This document shows, one piece after another, positions 47,371 through 58,573 of a stretch of DNA of 64,000 bases. A program made the translations under genes and the position numbers. A model generated the notes under the pieces. That model did no database searches. It saw nothing but the letters and a program-made list of their open reading frames with translations, and had not been told where the DNA came from. The stretch's first letter is position 1; every line of letters begins with the position of its first letter. Source of the stretch: a virus (lineage: Duplodnaviria > Caudoviricetes); the IMG/VR virus record IMGVR_UViG_3300012096_000007, positions 850 through 64,849 of that record. One strand, 5' to 3'.

Positions 47371-47568
47371 TTTGACTTCAAACATGAGGAAAAAGCTCAT
47401 GCTACCTGCCAAACTGCTATTCAACGCCAGCCTCGTGGTTGCCACCCTATCTATTATTCTAATGGTGGCCAGTATCATCTTCAACGAACCCTTCATGGTG
47501 TTGGCCAATGTGGCTATCTTGGCCATCAGTATCCTTTGTGCATTGCTTAATTATAAGATGATATAATC

Positions 47569-47787
47569 ATGGTAGATGATATCGACAAGGCAAGCTTTGT
47601 CAAAAAGGGCGAAACCCTTGAAAGTATCAGAACCATGGTGGGCCTGAACACCAAAGCTATGGCCGGTGAGTTAGGCCTCAGACACTATCACTATCTAAAA
47701 CTTGAGGCAGGAGAATGGAAAACTCCATTTTATCATCTCAAGGCAGCCAAGAACGTGGTCAGGTGGATATATAGCCTGAACAAATAA
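47569..47787 (+). CDS. HTH protein
   Basis: IRTMVGLNTKAMAGELGL...LEAGE. Confidence 0.6.
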   Translation: MVDDIDKASFVKKGETLESIRTMVGLNTKAMAGELGLRHYHYLKLEAGEWKTPFYHLKAAKNVVRWIYSLNK

Positions 47788-48533
47788 CCCGATTTGACAA
47801 CAATAATGAAGAGGGGTACGAAATGTGAAGCCGCCCAGTTAGAAGCTGGACGGCTTCGTCAGATAACTTGCGTTACCAATTATCTGAGATTCGCTGCTCG
47901 CGGCAGCTAGGGTCTAAATAACCCAACCTCCGCCCCCGAGTCCAGACCCCTTCGGTAACAAGTTAGCTGGCCATAGCCAGCCCTCGGTTTGGGCCGACTC
48001 CATGGAAAACAAGACCGTGGGTGAATCTGTGGAAGGGCATCCATTACTAATAAAAGTGCAATAGCAATGTTGCATGGGAGAGGGCTCTCCATCGCTGGAA
48101 CCCTCAAGCAGGATACTTTTCTAACATGCCTGACTTCTTGGAAGTATCTTGCTGCGTTGAGCCTTCGAGGCTAAGTAAGAAGTAAAAGCTGACCGCACAA
48201 CCCCAGCTTACCAAATCAAATGGTTTTCTAGGCATGTCCGTGCTTCCTGATGGAGACACAGCTTTGTCGTTGCTAGGCAAAGCTGTATCTGATTGTAGGG
48301 TAGTAGGAGTTGTCTATAGATGAAACAGTATAAAGACAAACAGAGAAATTCAATAGGACATGGAAATATCTGTAGAAAATGTAGAAGTAAGATGATTCGT
48401 TATCAACATAGTAAAAATTGGATTCCACAATCTAACTCTTATTATTTTAAATATTGGGATAAATGTCGGAAATGTAAATATCTTCAACATTATGAAATTG
48501 CTAAAGTCTATGTTGGTGATGTTGAAATATGGG

Positions 48534-48935
48534 ATGAGTAGAAGGAAGCTTGTCAAGATGACACATGAAGAATTCACTCTGTATTGGAAACCAGCAAGAG
48601 ACACATTTGGTAAGGGGAAAAATGATGAAAACTTCAAGAGACATCCATCCTACTTCTTAGCTAAAGCCATAGGAGTGGATTATCCGTGTCCAGGACACTG
48701 GGATCAGCTTGAATTGACAGAAGACCTCAAAAACAAACTTCTGGCTTTAGTTGGTCCTCACCGAGAGACCATGCTTAGAATCTATCAAATCAAAAGGGAG
48801 TACCATGAGCAACAAAAGCTTGCCATCAAGCAGAAGCGTCGAGCCGATTTACGTCAAATTAAGCAAGATGATCGTGACGCAAAGGGTGAACTTGGGGATG
48901 ACCCAAGTGCAATTGGCAGCCAAGACTGGGATTAG
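48534..48935 (+). CDS. GPH-motif family protein
   Basis: KLLALVGPHRETMLRIY. Confidence 0.65.
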   Translation: MSRRKLVKMTHEEFTLYWKPARDTFGKGKNDENFKRHPSYFLAKAIGVDYPCPGHWDQLELTEDLKNKLLALVGPHRETMLRIYQIKREYHEQQKLAIKQKRRADLRQIKQDDRDAKGELGDDPSAIGSQDWD

Positions 48936-49065
48936 CAGGCCTTACTTGGCTAGGATGGAAACGGGCAAGCAGCGTATTTACCTGCATCACCTGCTCAAGC
49001 TGGAAAAAGCACTGAACTATCCACTACTGCTTCAATTTATCAGGAGGTCTTATGCCGAAGTTTAG
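48805..49065 (+). CDS. XRE-family HTH regulator
   Basis: GMTQVQLAAKTGISRPYLARMETG. Confidence 0.85.
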   Translation: MSNKSLPSSRSVEPIYVKLSKMIVTQRVNLGMTQVQLAAKTGISRPYLARMETGKQRIYLHHLLKLEKALNYPLLLQFIRRSYAEV

Positions 49066-49649
49066 TCGACGTGCGTTATTCCCGCTATTTGCCGCTGGTG
49101 GCATTGCTGCTGCGGATGGAAGTCAAGGAGCTACCCTAGATACAACTTTGCCGGGGATAGTAGCCAGAATAGCCAAAGGTAGAGATGGATGGTCCATCTT
49201 GGTGCCTGACTTTGACTCGATGCAGGGCTGGTGGCTACCCGGTTTTGTAGTCCCCACCAAGTGGGTGCCAATTGCCGAATACCTAAAACTTTTAGATGAA
49301 ACCTACAACATGGAGAGCTGAAATGCTGACTGATGCCGAAATTGAGATCCTGATGATCTTGGTGCGTGCAAACAAGGAGTGGGCTAAGCTTGCCCACAAT
49401 GATGACTTGGAGGAGAAGCTCAAGCAGATTTGTGCTAAGCTTGATGATATGGAAGACAACTACGGCTAAGGAGAGTAAAAATGCCAACGCCTAGATTAAC
49501 TCCTGCCATGATGACTGCCGGTGTTGCGGCGGCACGTATCATTCTTGAAGAATATTCCAAAATTGCTTCAAGAGCAGTCAGTGATGACGAACTCTACACC
49601 ATTGTCCAAACCGTAGGTATTGCCCTGCTGTCAGCACAAGAACCTGTCA

Positions 49650-49904
49650 ATGATCAGTGATCGGTTCTTTTTGAAGGGGGCTGATGCTCCCTATATCACC
49701 GCCTTGAAATTTGTTTCCATTCACCAGTATGAGGTTTTGCTTTATGTCAGGGATAACCCTGACACTTCCTATAAAAAAGGAGCCAAGGAATTGGGTATCC
49801 CTATTGGCACATTCAAAACACGTTTGCACCGTGCTCGTCAGAAAATTAAGAACTGGCGTGAGGCACAGCTCCATAGTCCAGCTGGTCAAGACAACGGACT
49901 TTGA
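49650..49904 (+). CDS. Sigma70 region-4 HTH protein
   Basis: SYKKGAKELGIPIGTFKTRLHRARQKI. Confidence 0.75.
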   Translation: MISDRFFLKGADAPYITALKFVSIHQYEVLLYVRDNPDTSYKKGAKELGIPIGTFKTRLHRARQKIKNWREAQLHSPAGQDNGL

Positions 49905-49944
49905 CTCCGTAGACATCTGTTCGAATCAGATTGGAGCTGCCAAA

Positions 49945-50247
49945 ATGAGAATCAATAAAGAGGGGAAAAGTGCACAAGAACTGGGTCGCGTCCGTGCCTT
50001 AAGGCATTATTATCGTAAAAGGACAGAACTACGAAATATATTAGGCGGTAAATGCGTCATTTGTGGTTCAGATTCTAATTTAGAATTTCATCATAAAGAC
50101 CCAAATATAAAAGAATTTGATATTACAAGAAGGTATACTCAACCAACGGCAAAGTTATTAACTGAATTACAAAAATGTGAACTTAGATGTGAAGAATGTC
50201 ATAAACGAATCCATAGGCTGTTAGGAATAGCCAATGCCTCTAACTAA
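49945..50247 (+). CDS. HNH endonuclease
   Basis: GGKCVICG...LEFHHKDP...CELRCEECH. Confidence 0.8.
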   Translation: MRINKEGKSAQELGRVRALRHYYRKRTELRNILGGKCVICGSDSNLEFHHKDPNIKEFDITRRYTQPTAKLLTELQKCELRCEECHKRIHRLLGIANASN

Positions 50248-50707
50248 AGATCAAATATTGGGGGCGCTTCCTAATCTGAGCCAAGCTGACCTAGCAATGG
50301 TGCATGCCATGTCAGGCCAGTTATTGGCCCCAACACAAGGCATGAGTGATACTAAACAGGTTTTGTTTGACGCACTGGCAGCCACCATAAGCCACCCTAT
50401 GCCCTATTCAAACATGCCCACTAACCTTGCCAGTCAGTTTGAAAGGCATTTTCCTGATTTACTGCTTTTTTTTGATAAACATTTCAAAGGCTGGGATAGC
50501 AACAAAATTGTTCAAACAGGTTTTTTAAGAATGATATTCAGTTTGATAGCTGATGACCTTAAACGACATGGGGTAACCCCATCCATAGGAATGCTGGTGC
50601 ACAACCTGCCCCGTATATATGAAATAGTGGACAATGCTTTCCCCAACTATTTGAAAAACAATATGGGGCATATGATCCTGAAAATATTCAGCAAAAGGAA
50701 TGCGTAG
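50234..50707 (+). CDS. Hypothetical protein upstream of the helicase
   Basis: 157 aa ORF. Confidence 0.55.
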   Translation: MPLTKDQILGALPNLSQADLAMVHAMSGQLLAPTQGMSDTKQVLFDALAATISHPMPYSNMPTNLASQFERHFPDLLLFFDKHFKGWDSNKIVQTGFLRMIFSLIADDLKRHGVTPSIGMLVHNLPRIYEIVDNAFPNYLKNNMGHMILKIFSKRNA

Positions 50708-50892
50708 TGCACTTCAAACTTATCATTTATTGTCTGTCATTCGGCATGACGTGCCAAGTGGTGCCGGATCGGCCTATTACTATGCAGCTGAATGCTGCTT
50801 CGTCAGCCCATTGTGTTCAGTTAGCTACTCGAGTGGTTAAAATACGAGGCTATAATCCTCGTATGCTAAGCATCAAATGTATCCCGCAATAA

Positions 50893-52323
50893 ATGACTGT
50901 CAATTTATCAGCCATACAAGAAAATCTAATTGTCTTACTGACATATTCTGATGAACATTGTCACACAATTAGAAACTTAATTGAGCCAGAATGGTGGGGT
51001 GGCCCATTTAGGGAAATTTCACGTCGTGTTTATGATTATTGTGATCGTTACAAGAAAGCCCCCAAGGATCACATTGCTGATCTGATGGCTGACAAGCTTG
51101 AAAACAAAAAGAACCCTCGTGAAGCCAGCCTTTACGAGGATATCTTAATGAGTATTCACGGACAATCTGAAAATATTAATGCTCCCTACGTCATGGGGCA
51201 GTTAGAAAATTTCATCAAGCGTCAATCCTTGCGCACCATAGCCATTGATCTGGCCAAGGCATTGCAGCGTGACACAGACGATTCACTTGAAGAAGCTGAA
51301 AAGCTGATTAATGCATCACGGCATCAAGTGGCGTCTGTGTTTGATCCCGGCCTGCGGCTATCAAATCGAGATCGGGTATTGGATTTCTTAGACCAAGGTA
51401 ACCACTGTTTTCCCACAGGCATACCAGAGTTGGACAAACGAGGGTTTGGCCCCACCCGTAAAGAACTGTGGTTGTACATTGCAGCTGCAAAGCGTGGTAA
51501 GACATGGATGCTTATCCAACTGGCTAAAATGGCCATCTTGCACAGGTTACGTGTCGTGCATATCACGCTTGAGATGTCCGAGGATAGGTCAGCGCAGCGT
51601 TACATGCAAGCTTTGTTCGCCATGTCCAAGCGTAATGAGAAACAGCTGGTAACCAAGTTTGAACGCGACCAGCTAGGTCGGTTAGTGGGGTTAGATGAGA
51701 TCGAGATAAGACCCAAACTGTACATGAATGATCCTAATATCAGAAAAAGACTGGAAAAGAAAATTGACAGATTTGGTCCTCGTCTACTCGATAATGTTAT
51801 TGTCAAGCAGTTTCCAACTGGCAGCCTCAGCGTTCGTCAATTGGAAGCCTATTTGGATAATCTGGAGTCTAATGAACGTTTTATTCCTGATTTACTTATT
51901 ATTGATTATCCTGATCTTATGAATGTGGATAAAAACAACTATCGTCTGTCCATAGATGAAATATACAAGGATATCCGTGGTCTGTTGGTATCCCGCAACA
52001 TGGCGGGTGCCGTGGTCAGTCAAGGCAATAGGCTATCTGAAAAAGCCAAAAATGTGGGTTCTGACCATGTGGCAGAGGCATGGAGCAAGATTGCCCATGC
52101 CGATTGCATCATTACGTATAATCAAACCGTAGCTGAACATAAAATGGGTTTGGCACGCCTCCACGTAGCAGGCGGTCGAAATGACGAAGATAAAATTACC
52201 TTGATTATCTCACAAAATTACGCAATGGGAACATTCGTTGTTGATTCTATATTCATGAACGGTGCCAACTATTGGTCAAACTTGCCAACTGGAGGCCGTG
52301 ACGGTGAAGAGGATCAGACTTAA
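50893..52323 (+). CDS. Replicative DnaB-like helicase
   Basis: PTGIPELD, AAAKRGKT, ITLEM, LIIDYPD, VSQGNR. Confidence 0.9.
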   Translation: MTVNLSAIQENLIVLLTYSDEHCHTIRNLIEPEWWGGPFREISRRVYDYCDRYKKAPKDHIADLMADKLENKKNPREASLYEDILMSIHGQSENINAPYVMGQLENFIKRQSLRTIAIDLAKALQRDTDDSLEEAEKLINASRHQVASVFDPGLRLSNRDRVLDFLDQGNHCFPTGIPELDKRGFGPTRKELWLYIAAAKRGKTWMLIQLAKMAILHRLRVVHITLEMSEDRSAQRYMQALFAMSKRNEKQLVTKFERDQLGRLVGLDEIEIRPKLYMNDPNIRKRLEKKIDRFGPRLLDNVIVKQFPTGSLSVRQLEAYLDNLESNERFIPDLLIIDYPDLMNVDKNNYRLSIDEIYKDIRGLLVSRNMAGAVVSQGNRLSEKAKNVGSDHVAEAWSKIAHADCIITYNQTVAEHKMGLARLHVAGGRNDEDKITLIISQNYAMGTFVVDSIFMNGANYWSNLPTGGRDGEEDQT

Positions 52324-53235
52324 ACTATCTACACCTACACCAGAATACTTTAGACTACGCTATTGGTGGCTGCATGAGTTGCGCACTTTACGTGCCAAAC
52401 GCCGTATAGCTGGTTTGAATACTTCAAGAGAAATTAAAACTGCACAACGTGCATTAGCTAAAATTAGGAAAGAGGAACATGTCTAGAATGCTAAATGAAG
52501 TTGACGCTGTTAAACTGAGGGAAGCTGATGAAGATGTACCTGCTCAGAAACTGGCATTGGCTCTTCTGTTAATTGATGCTGATGGTCGTCTTGAACAATT
52601 TCAAGGTACACCATGGACTGATCTTCCTCCTATGTTCAGATGGATGGCGCATAAATTATTAGCCAATGACGAATTACGCGTCCGTATCGTCAAAGTTCTA
52701 AGGATGAATGACAAATGGCCAATGACGGGCTGAAACCTAAAAAACTGACAGCTCGCGATAAAGCTGAACTTTTGGTTCAAATGACCAAAGAAGCCAAGCA
52801 AATCACTCGGAAGCTCCATGCTTCCGCTTGCATTGTAGTTTGCATGTTTGAAGAAGAGGGGAAAATTCTGGTGCAGGATGCAGGCCTGTTTCCGATGCCC
52901 CCGACTGATTTCTATGAATTGTTGCAAAACGCTCACAAGAACGGTCAAATGGGAGATACGGCCAAGAAAATTCTCAGACCCAACTGAAGGAGAGTGCCAT
53001 GATTAAGCTAGTAGCTTTGTTGTTCTTAGTAACGAATGGAGTTCCAGCCAGTGAACCCTATCACACTATCTCAAATAACAAAGAGTTCATGTCCAAGGAT
53101 GATTGCCTTGAGTACCTCAAAACCGATCAAGGTAAAGCAGCTACCCAATATATGGAAAACTGGGCAGCAAACCAAAATGGCAAGATAGCTGTAAAATTTG
53201 ACTGTGTGAATGTCAGCAAAGGCGAGAGTTTGTAA

Positions 53236-54777
53236 TTGATCAATAAGAAGGTCGTAAAACAGTTCCTTGAACGTCAACTTGATAACCATGATTGGCTCAA
53301 GGGTTGCAAACGATCGATTTTAATAGAAGACTTAACGGCAGACATCAAGTATTTGCCGGGTTTTGAAAATTTATGGACCCACCAACTAGTCTGCCTCCTG
53401 CTTGTCATTGAATTGAAGCGATTTATGCTTCACATAGACATGGGCGGCGGCAAGACACTGATAGCCTTGTATTCTATCCTCAGGCGCAAGCTGATGAATG
53501 AGCACCCCCTAGCCATTGTCTTTGTGCCATATGTGTCCGCCGTGGATACATGGATTGAAGAGTGTAAGAAGCACACCCCAACTTTGAAATTAGTGCCTCT
53601 GATAGGTACCACAACACAAAACCTTCGCGTTCTTGAAGAACGTGAGGGAGATCTTTTTGTCATAGCTTATCAAAGTGCCGTAGCCATGCTCTCAGAAGAG
53701 CACCCTAAGAAAAAAGGCTGGACCATTGACCCAAACAACACCCGAAAAGTCTTTGAAGGTTTCAATACCTTTGTGGCGGATGAAATACATAAGTGTTCAA
53801 ATCTCAACTCTCTTACCTACCGAATGTGTCGTACTATCAGTGCTCAATGCGAATACGGTATGGGGTTGTCAGGTACGCCCTTTGGCAAGGATGTGGGGGA
53901 CATCTGGGCACAGTTCCACTTGATTGATTTTGGTAAAACACTAGGGGAAACTAAAGGGCTGTTTCAGGAAGCTTTTTTCAAGAAGCAGCTAGGTCACTTT
54001 TCAGGCTTCCCCGAATACGTGTTTGAGAAGGCAAAAATGCCACTTCTTAACAAGATCATCAAACATAGTTCCATCCACTATGCGGCCAGTGAAATGCATG
54101 ATCTGCCTGCCAAACGGTACATCAAGCGTAAGGTACCACTTCCTACCGCCATGGCAGGCTACATCAGCAAGGCTGCTGAAGAGTTCATCATTGCCTTGAA
54201 AGCAGGTGGTACCCGACAAGCAGAAGCCAGCTACATGCAACTAAGGCAATTGGCGTCAGGCTTTATGACCGTGGACGGTCAAAATAACACCAAAATCAAA
54301 GTGGCATTTGACACCAACCCCAAACTTGACTTGCTTGAGGAGTACATTGATGCAATGGCGTATGCGTCCAAAATGGTGGTTTTTCATCATTTCGTGCACA
54401 CTAATCACCTTATCAGTGAGCGTCTTAAAACCCGGAAAATCAGACACGCAAGAATCTGGTCAGGTCAAAAAGACGTACTCGGGGAACTTAGACGGTTTAG
54501 GGATGATGACAACTGCCGGGTCTTGGTTCTTAACGACCAATCTGGTTCCACCTCCCTCAACCTTCAACACGCGAATTATATGTTCTTTTTTGAAGAACCA
54601 GATTCACCGATCAACCGTCAACAAGGCGAAAAGAGGATCTATCGTGCGGGGCAAACCAAACCAGTCTGGATCATAGATCCATTCATGGAGGGTACTGTTG
54701 ATGAACGTATCTTCTATGCAAACATGCAAGGCAAAAGATTGCTTGATCAACTTCTAAAGGGCGTACAAAAGCTATGA
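53236..54777 (+). CDS. SNF2-family helicase
   Basis: DMGGGKT, DEIH, LSGTP, LNLQ, QGEKRIYRAGQ. Confidence 0.9.
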   Translation: MINKKVVKQFLERQLDNHDWLKGCKRSILIEDLTADIKYLPGFENLWTHQLVCLLLVIELKRFMLHIDMGGGKTLIALYSILRRKLMNEHPLAIVFVPYVSAVDTWIEECKKHTPTLKLVPLIGTTTQNLRVLEEREGDLFVIAYQSAVAMLSEEHPKKKGWTIDPNNTRKVFEGFNTFVADEIHKCSNLNSLTYRMCRTISAQCEYGMGLSGTPFGKDVGDIWAQFHLIDFGKTLGETKGLFQEAFFKKQLGHFSGFPEYVFEKAKMPLLNKIIKHSSIHYAASEMHDLPAKRYIKRKVPLPTAMAGYISKAAEEFIIALKAGGTRQAEASYMQLRQLASGFMTVDGQNNTKIKVAFDTNPKLDLLEEYIDAMAYASKMVVFHHFVHTNHLISERLKTRKIRHARIWSGQKDVLGELRRFRDDDNCRVLVLNDQSGSTSLNLQHANYMFFFEEPDSPINRQQGEKRIYRAGQTKPVWIIDPFMEGTVDERIFYANMQGKRLLDQLLKGVQKL

Positions 54778-55865
54778 AGAATATGTATGAAATGCAACAT
54801 ACTGTCATACAAGATGCGAACTTATGGCAGCAAATCAGTCAGCAGTTTATTGCTGACAATGAAGGGGATTTCTTCTTTAGCAAATATGAAGTAGCATTGA
54901 GTACTCAAACAAACTCAAAACGAAGTGTGATACTCAAGCTTAAATCCTATCTCACTGAAGCAAGAATAACAATGCCTCTTGATAGCCGTACCGTTGTTAT
55001 CACTGGGCATTGGAAAGCAATGCCAATATTGATTTGGACTTATATTGAAGATTACGGAGATGTTTGTAAATATAAGATAGATATCACAGGTCACCCTGAC
55101 TATCTTGATGGGTTACTTTATCAAATTGGAAAGGATTTTTCCCGTGATCACTTGCCAGTCATCAAATGGTGGTTCATTGGCAAGCATGGTGAAGATACCC
55201 GTGAATTTTATCTACCTCCTACAGGTGACAAAATACTGAAGGAGTACTATCCCGGTTTGGAAGACCCTGAGCAGTATCTTGAAGATTACATGCATTCCAA
55301 TGAATCTGTACTCTTGATTACAGGACCGCCGGGAACTGGCAAAACCACGCTGCTGCGGCATCTTATTACTAAATATAAGCTGAGCGCCCATATCATTTAC
55401 GATGAGCGTTTAATGGAGCGTGATAGTCCATTTCAGGCTTTTTTGTTTGGGGAAAATGATGGCGTGCCGACCATGAATGGAGAAGCTGATCATATGGGTG
55501 GCGACATTATGATTGTTGAGGATGCTGATACAGTCTTGACCACCCGTGAACGGGATGGGAACAGACTGATGTCTAGGTTCCTCAATATTTCAGATGGCCT
55601 TATCAAGATACCAAACAAGAAAATGGTATTCACCACCAATATCTTGGATTTTCAAAATGTGGATGATGCCTTGATGCGCCCCGGCAGGTGCTTTGGTATC
55701 CTGCATACACGGTTGCTTAATTATACCGAAGCACAAGCCGCTGCTCAAGCGGGTGGAATGTCACCCCCTGCCAAAAAACCTGACCCTAGCTATAGCTTGG
55801 CTGAATTGTTCAATCAGGGTAAAACAAGCGAAGTGAGGAAAGTTGGTTTTGGTGTGAGGCATTAA
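54774..55865 (+). CDS. AAA ATPase
   Basis: GPPGTGKT, IVEDAD, FLNISDG, ALMRPGR. Confidence 0.85.
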   Translation: MKNMYEMQHTVIQDANLWQQISQQFIADNEGDFFFSKYEVALSTQTNSKRSVILKLKSYLTEARITMPLDSRTVVITGHWKAMPILIWTYIEDYGDVCKYKIDITGHPDYLDGLLYQIGKDFSRDHLPVIKWWFIGKHGEDTREFYLPPTGDKILKEYYPGLEDPEQYLEDYMHSNESVLLITGPPGTGKTTLLRHLITKYKLSAHIIYDERLMERDSPFQAFLFGENDGVPTMNGEADHMGGDIMIVEDADTVLTTRERDGNRLMSRFLNISDGLIKIPNKKMVFTTNILDFQNVDDALMRPGRCFGILHTRLLNYTEAQAAAQAGGMSPPAKKPDPSYSLAELFNQGKTSEVRKVGFGVRH

Positions 55866-55866
55866 A

Positions 55867-56091
55867 ATGGATCGTTGTAAAAGAGGGCATCCTTTCATTG
55901 CCAGTAATGTGCAATGGATTAAGGTTAAAAAGGGAAAATATCGTGCGTGTAAAATTTGTAAAGCTGCACGAATACGGTTCCGCTATAAAAACGATCCTGA
56001 ATTTAGAGCTAGGCTAATCAACACAGCATTAAAATTCTACTATAAGAAAAAAGCGGAGAAACAAAATGGAGTGGCAAAGGTTTCTGGATGA
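55867..56091 (+). CDS. Small Zn-finger protein (HNH-associated type)
   Basis: CKRGHPF...RACKICK. Confidence 0.55.
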   Translation: MDRCKRGHPFIASNVQWIKVKKGKYRACKICKAARIRFRYKNDPEFRARLINTALKFYYKKKAEKQNGVAKVSG

Positions 56092-57145
56092 AAATAACAT
56101 TCACTATGTCACTCGCGGGCCTAACACCAAACGAGGTGAAGTCTCTATTCAGTGCCCAATGTGCGCCGATGAGGACCCCTCCGAGCACTTGGGCATTAAC
56201 CTTCAAAGTGAAAAATGGGGCTGTCACCGAGATAGCAACCACCGTGGGAAATCATCTCGTACCCTTGTCAAAGCCATCCTTGGCTGCTCAAACCCACAAG
56301 CTGGATTTATCGTCAAGCAATACAGCCATAGTGACCCTGATACGCTAGAAGCGGCATTGGCTGTTCTTGAAGCTGACAACAGAGGTGTCATTGAGCATGA
56401 CGAGGATATAGTCAAGCAAACTAGACGTCAGCAAGACGGACCACAATTCAAGGATTTTAATCTCATTAAGTCACGTGGCATCACGCAACGTTTCTTTAAA
56501 TACTTACAAAACCGTGGTTATGAAAATCCTCAAGATATCATTGATAGGTATGATCTCCGTTGTGCTCTTACAGGCAAATACAAGGATAGGATCATCATGC
56601 CTATCAAACACAGTGAAGAGCTAATTGGCTGGACTAGCCGTGCCATAGGGACGCCTAAAAATGCCCCTCGGTATCTTGCCAGTTCTGAGAATGTCAAAGC
56701 TTTTATATTCAATTATGATCAATTAAAATATGGGGGCCATCGACTAATTGTTACTGAAGGCCCATTTGATGCCATTAGAATAGATAGTCACAGGCAACTG
56801 AGCACTCTATTAGTTAGAGCCACATGCACTTTTGGAACCTCTGTAACAATCAGTCAAATAGCGTTACTTCGAACATTAAAGAAAAACTTTGATGAAACAT
56901 GGATTTTGTTTGACCGAGGAGCAGATAGACCAGCTGTTGATTTAGCCGAATGGCTTGGTGCCAAGGTAGCCCACTTACCTGATGGCTATGATGATCCGGG
57001 TGAATTAGAATCTGAAGATTTAGATTATCTAGCAACTAAAATATTTCAAGGTTGGTGGGGTGATGGTGGATTATCTAATCTTCTCCGAAGATACGGCCAT
57101 CCCTCCATTAAAGGTATAGCCAAGCAAAAAACACACAAGTTCTAG
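56066..57145 (+). CDS. DNA primase
   Basis: Zn-binding CPMC, RIIMPI, TOPRIM motifs EGPFD and FD. Confidence 0.85.
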   Translation: MEWQRFLDENNIHYVTRGPNTKRGEVSIQCPMCADEDPSEHLGINLQSEKWGCHRDSNHRGKSSRTLVKAILGCSNPQAGFIVKQYSHSDPDTLEAALAVLEADNRGVIEHDEDIVKQTRRQQDGPQFKDFNLIKSRGITQRFFKYLQNRGYENPQDIIDRYDLRCALTGKYKDRIIMPIKHSEELIGWTSRAIGTPKNAPRYLASSENVKAFIFNYDQLKYGGHRLIVTEGPFDAIRIDSHRQLSTLLVRATCTFGTSVTISQIALLRTLKKNFDETWILFDRGADRPAVDLAEWLGAKVAHLPDGYDDPGELESEDLDYLATKIFQGWWGDGGLSNLLRRYGHPSIKGIAKQKTHKF

Positions 57146-57210
57146 TGGCATTGACTTCTAGGCTTACTCTTTGACAATTTTACCGCCCCACTTCCCAAGG
57201 GGCATTACAA

Positions 57211-57750
57211 ATGAAGAAACGTTCCCAGTTATCATGGCACCCTGTTTGGTCGAAACAAGTTGAATATTGGACCATAAAACAGGTTCATAAAAATCTCTGG
57301 CGTTTTGATAGAATGGAGGAATTCAGCGACATCATGCAGGATGCAAGAGTATTATTTTTTACCCTTGAAAAGAAATATCCTATTGTAAATGATATGCGGC
57401 ATTTTTTTGCCTTGTATAGAACCTCGTTGAATAGGATGTTCCTTGATAAGACTAAGATAAAGCAAAGATCAGTCATTGACCAAAATGTTTTCCTTGATGA
57501 CATTCTTGATGCATTGCACTTAGAAGGCACCCCTAATTATGGGCATCTGTCATTGCTCCTAGATGAATTGCCAGATGAGCTAAAAACTGTTCTGCAGGCC
57601 TTGACGACCGGTAGAGTTAGGCTCAAGCTGGATAGACCAACTAGGACAATGCACCAGAGAGAAAATCATAATATGCGCTTGAAAAGGCGCTTTTCTTTGT
57701 CACTGTCCAACCCTGTTGGTGAATTGCGAAACTACTTCGCCAACTCCTAA
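57211..57750 (+). CDS. Sigma-factor-like protein
   Basis: DIMQDARVLF...F...SLNRMFLD, LLDELPDEL. Confidence 0.5.
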   Translation: MKKRSQLSWHPVWSKQVEYWTIKQVHKNLWRFDRMEEFSDIMQDARVLFFTLEKKYPIVNDMRHFFALYRTSLNRMFLDKTKIKQRSVIDQNVFLDDILDALHLEGTPNYGHLSLLLDELPDELKTVLQALTTGRVRLKLDRPTRTMHQRENHNMRLKRRFSLSLSNPVGELRNYFANS

Positions 57751-57764
57751 TTTCCGAGGGTAAA

Positions 57765-58571
57765 ATGCACGACATTGAACGTGAGCTAATAGAAGCTACC
57801 GGGTACAAGGCACGTCAAAAATATGCCAATCGGCAAGATTACCTCAAATCCATCCTGAACGCTGTAGCTAAACTAACTGACGATGATTTTGACGCATTGA
57901 CAGATGAAACTGCCTTTTGGGTAAATGCAGCAGTCGAAGCTCATAATTCAAAGAATGAAGAAATAGTTGACTTCGACGAGCTAGATCCTACCACAGGTGA
58001 GGCTGATCCTGACACCCCTGATGTAGATTATGAAGATAATATTGATCCTGAAACAGGTGAAGTTCTTGAAAACGGTGATGAATCTGAAGATGATAATGAA
58101 CTTCCTCACGATGAAAATACTGACGCTGAGGATGAAGAAGTTGAGGCTGAAGAACCGCCTTTGCTAAAGAGTATTACCACCATGGTCTTAAAGAAAGACA
58201 AAGCAGCTCGTAAACCTCAAAAAAACCAGAAGTTTGCCAAACAAATTCCAAGCCCAGAACGTAAAAAACCTCAAAAATCAGCCCCCAATAGAGTTCATCC
58301 ACTCCATAGTGATGAGGACGTTATCCTTGATAAATGGGGTTGCATGGAGGGCAGTAAAAATTCTCAAGCTTTGGTCTTATTTGAACAAGGTGCCACCGCA
58401 GCTGAAGTCAAGCGAAAGCTAGGGGGCACTTACTACAACATCTTAAGCCGTTGCGCTGCTCAAGGCCATAAGATGGAAAAAGAAGGTCATATTATCAAGC
58501 TTACTCACAAAGATGATCTTGGTAAAAAAGCCACTGGAAAAGCAGTATCAGCAAAAAAGAAAGCGAAGTAA
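57765..58571 (+). CDS. Acidic/basic protein with DUF3489-like C-terminal domain
   Basis: D/E-rich middle region; GSKNSQALVLFEQGATAAEV. Confidence 0.55.
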   Translation: MHDIERELIEATGYKARQKYANRQDYLKSILNAVAKLTDDDFDALTDETAFWVNAAVEAHNSKNEEIVDFDELDPTTGEADPDTPDVDYEDNIDPETGEVLENGDESEDDNELPHDENTDAEDEEVEAEEPPLLKSITTMVLKKDKAARKPQKNQKFAKQIPSPERKKPQKSAPNRVHPLHSDEDVILDKWGCMEGSKNSQALVLFEQGATAAEVKRKLGGTYYNILSRCAAQGHKMEKEGHIIKLTHKDDLGKKATGKAVSAKKKAK

Positions 58572-58573
58572 CA

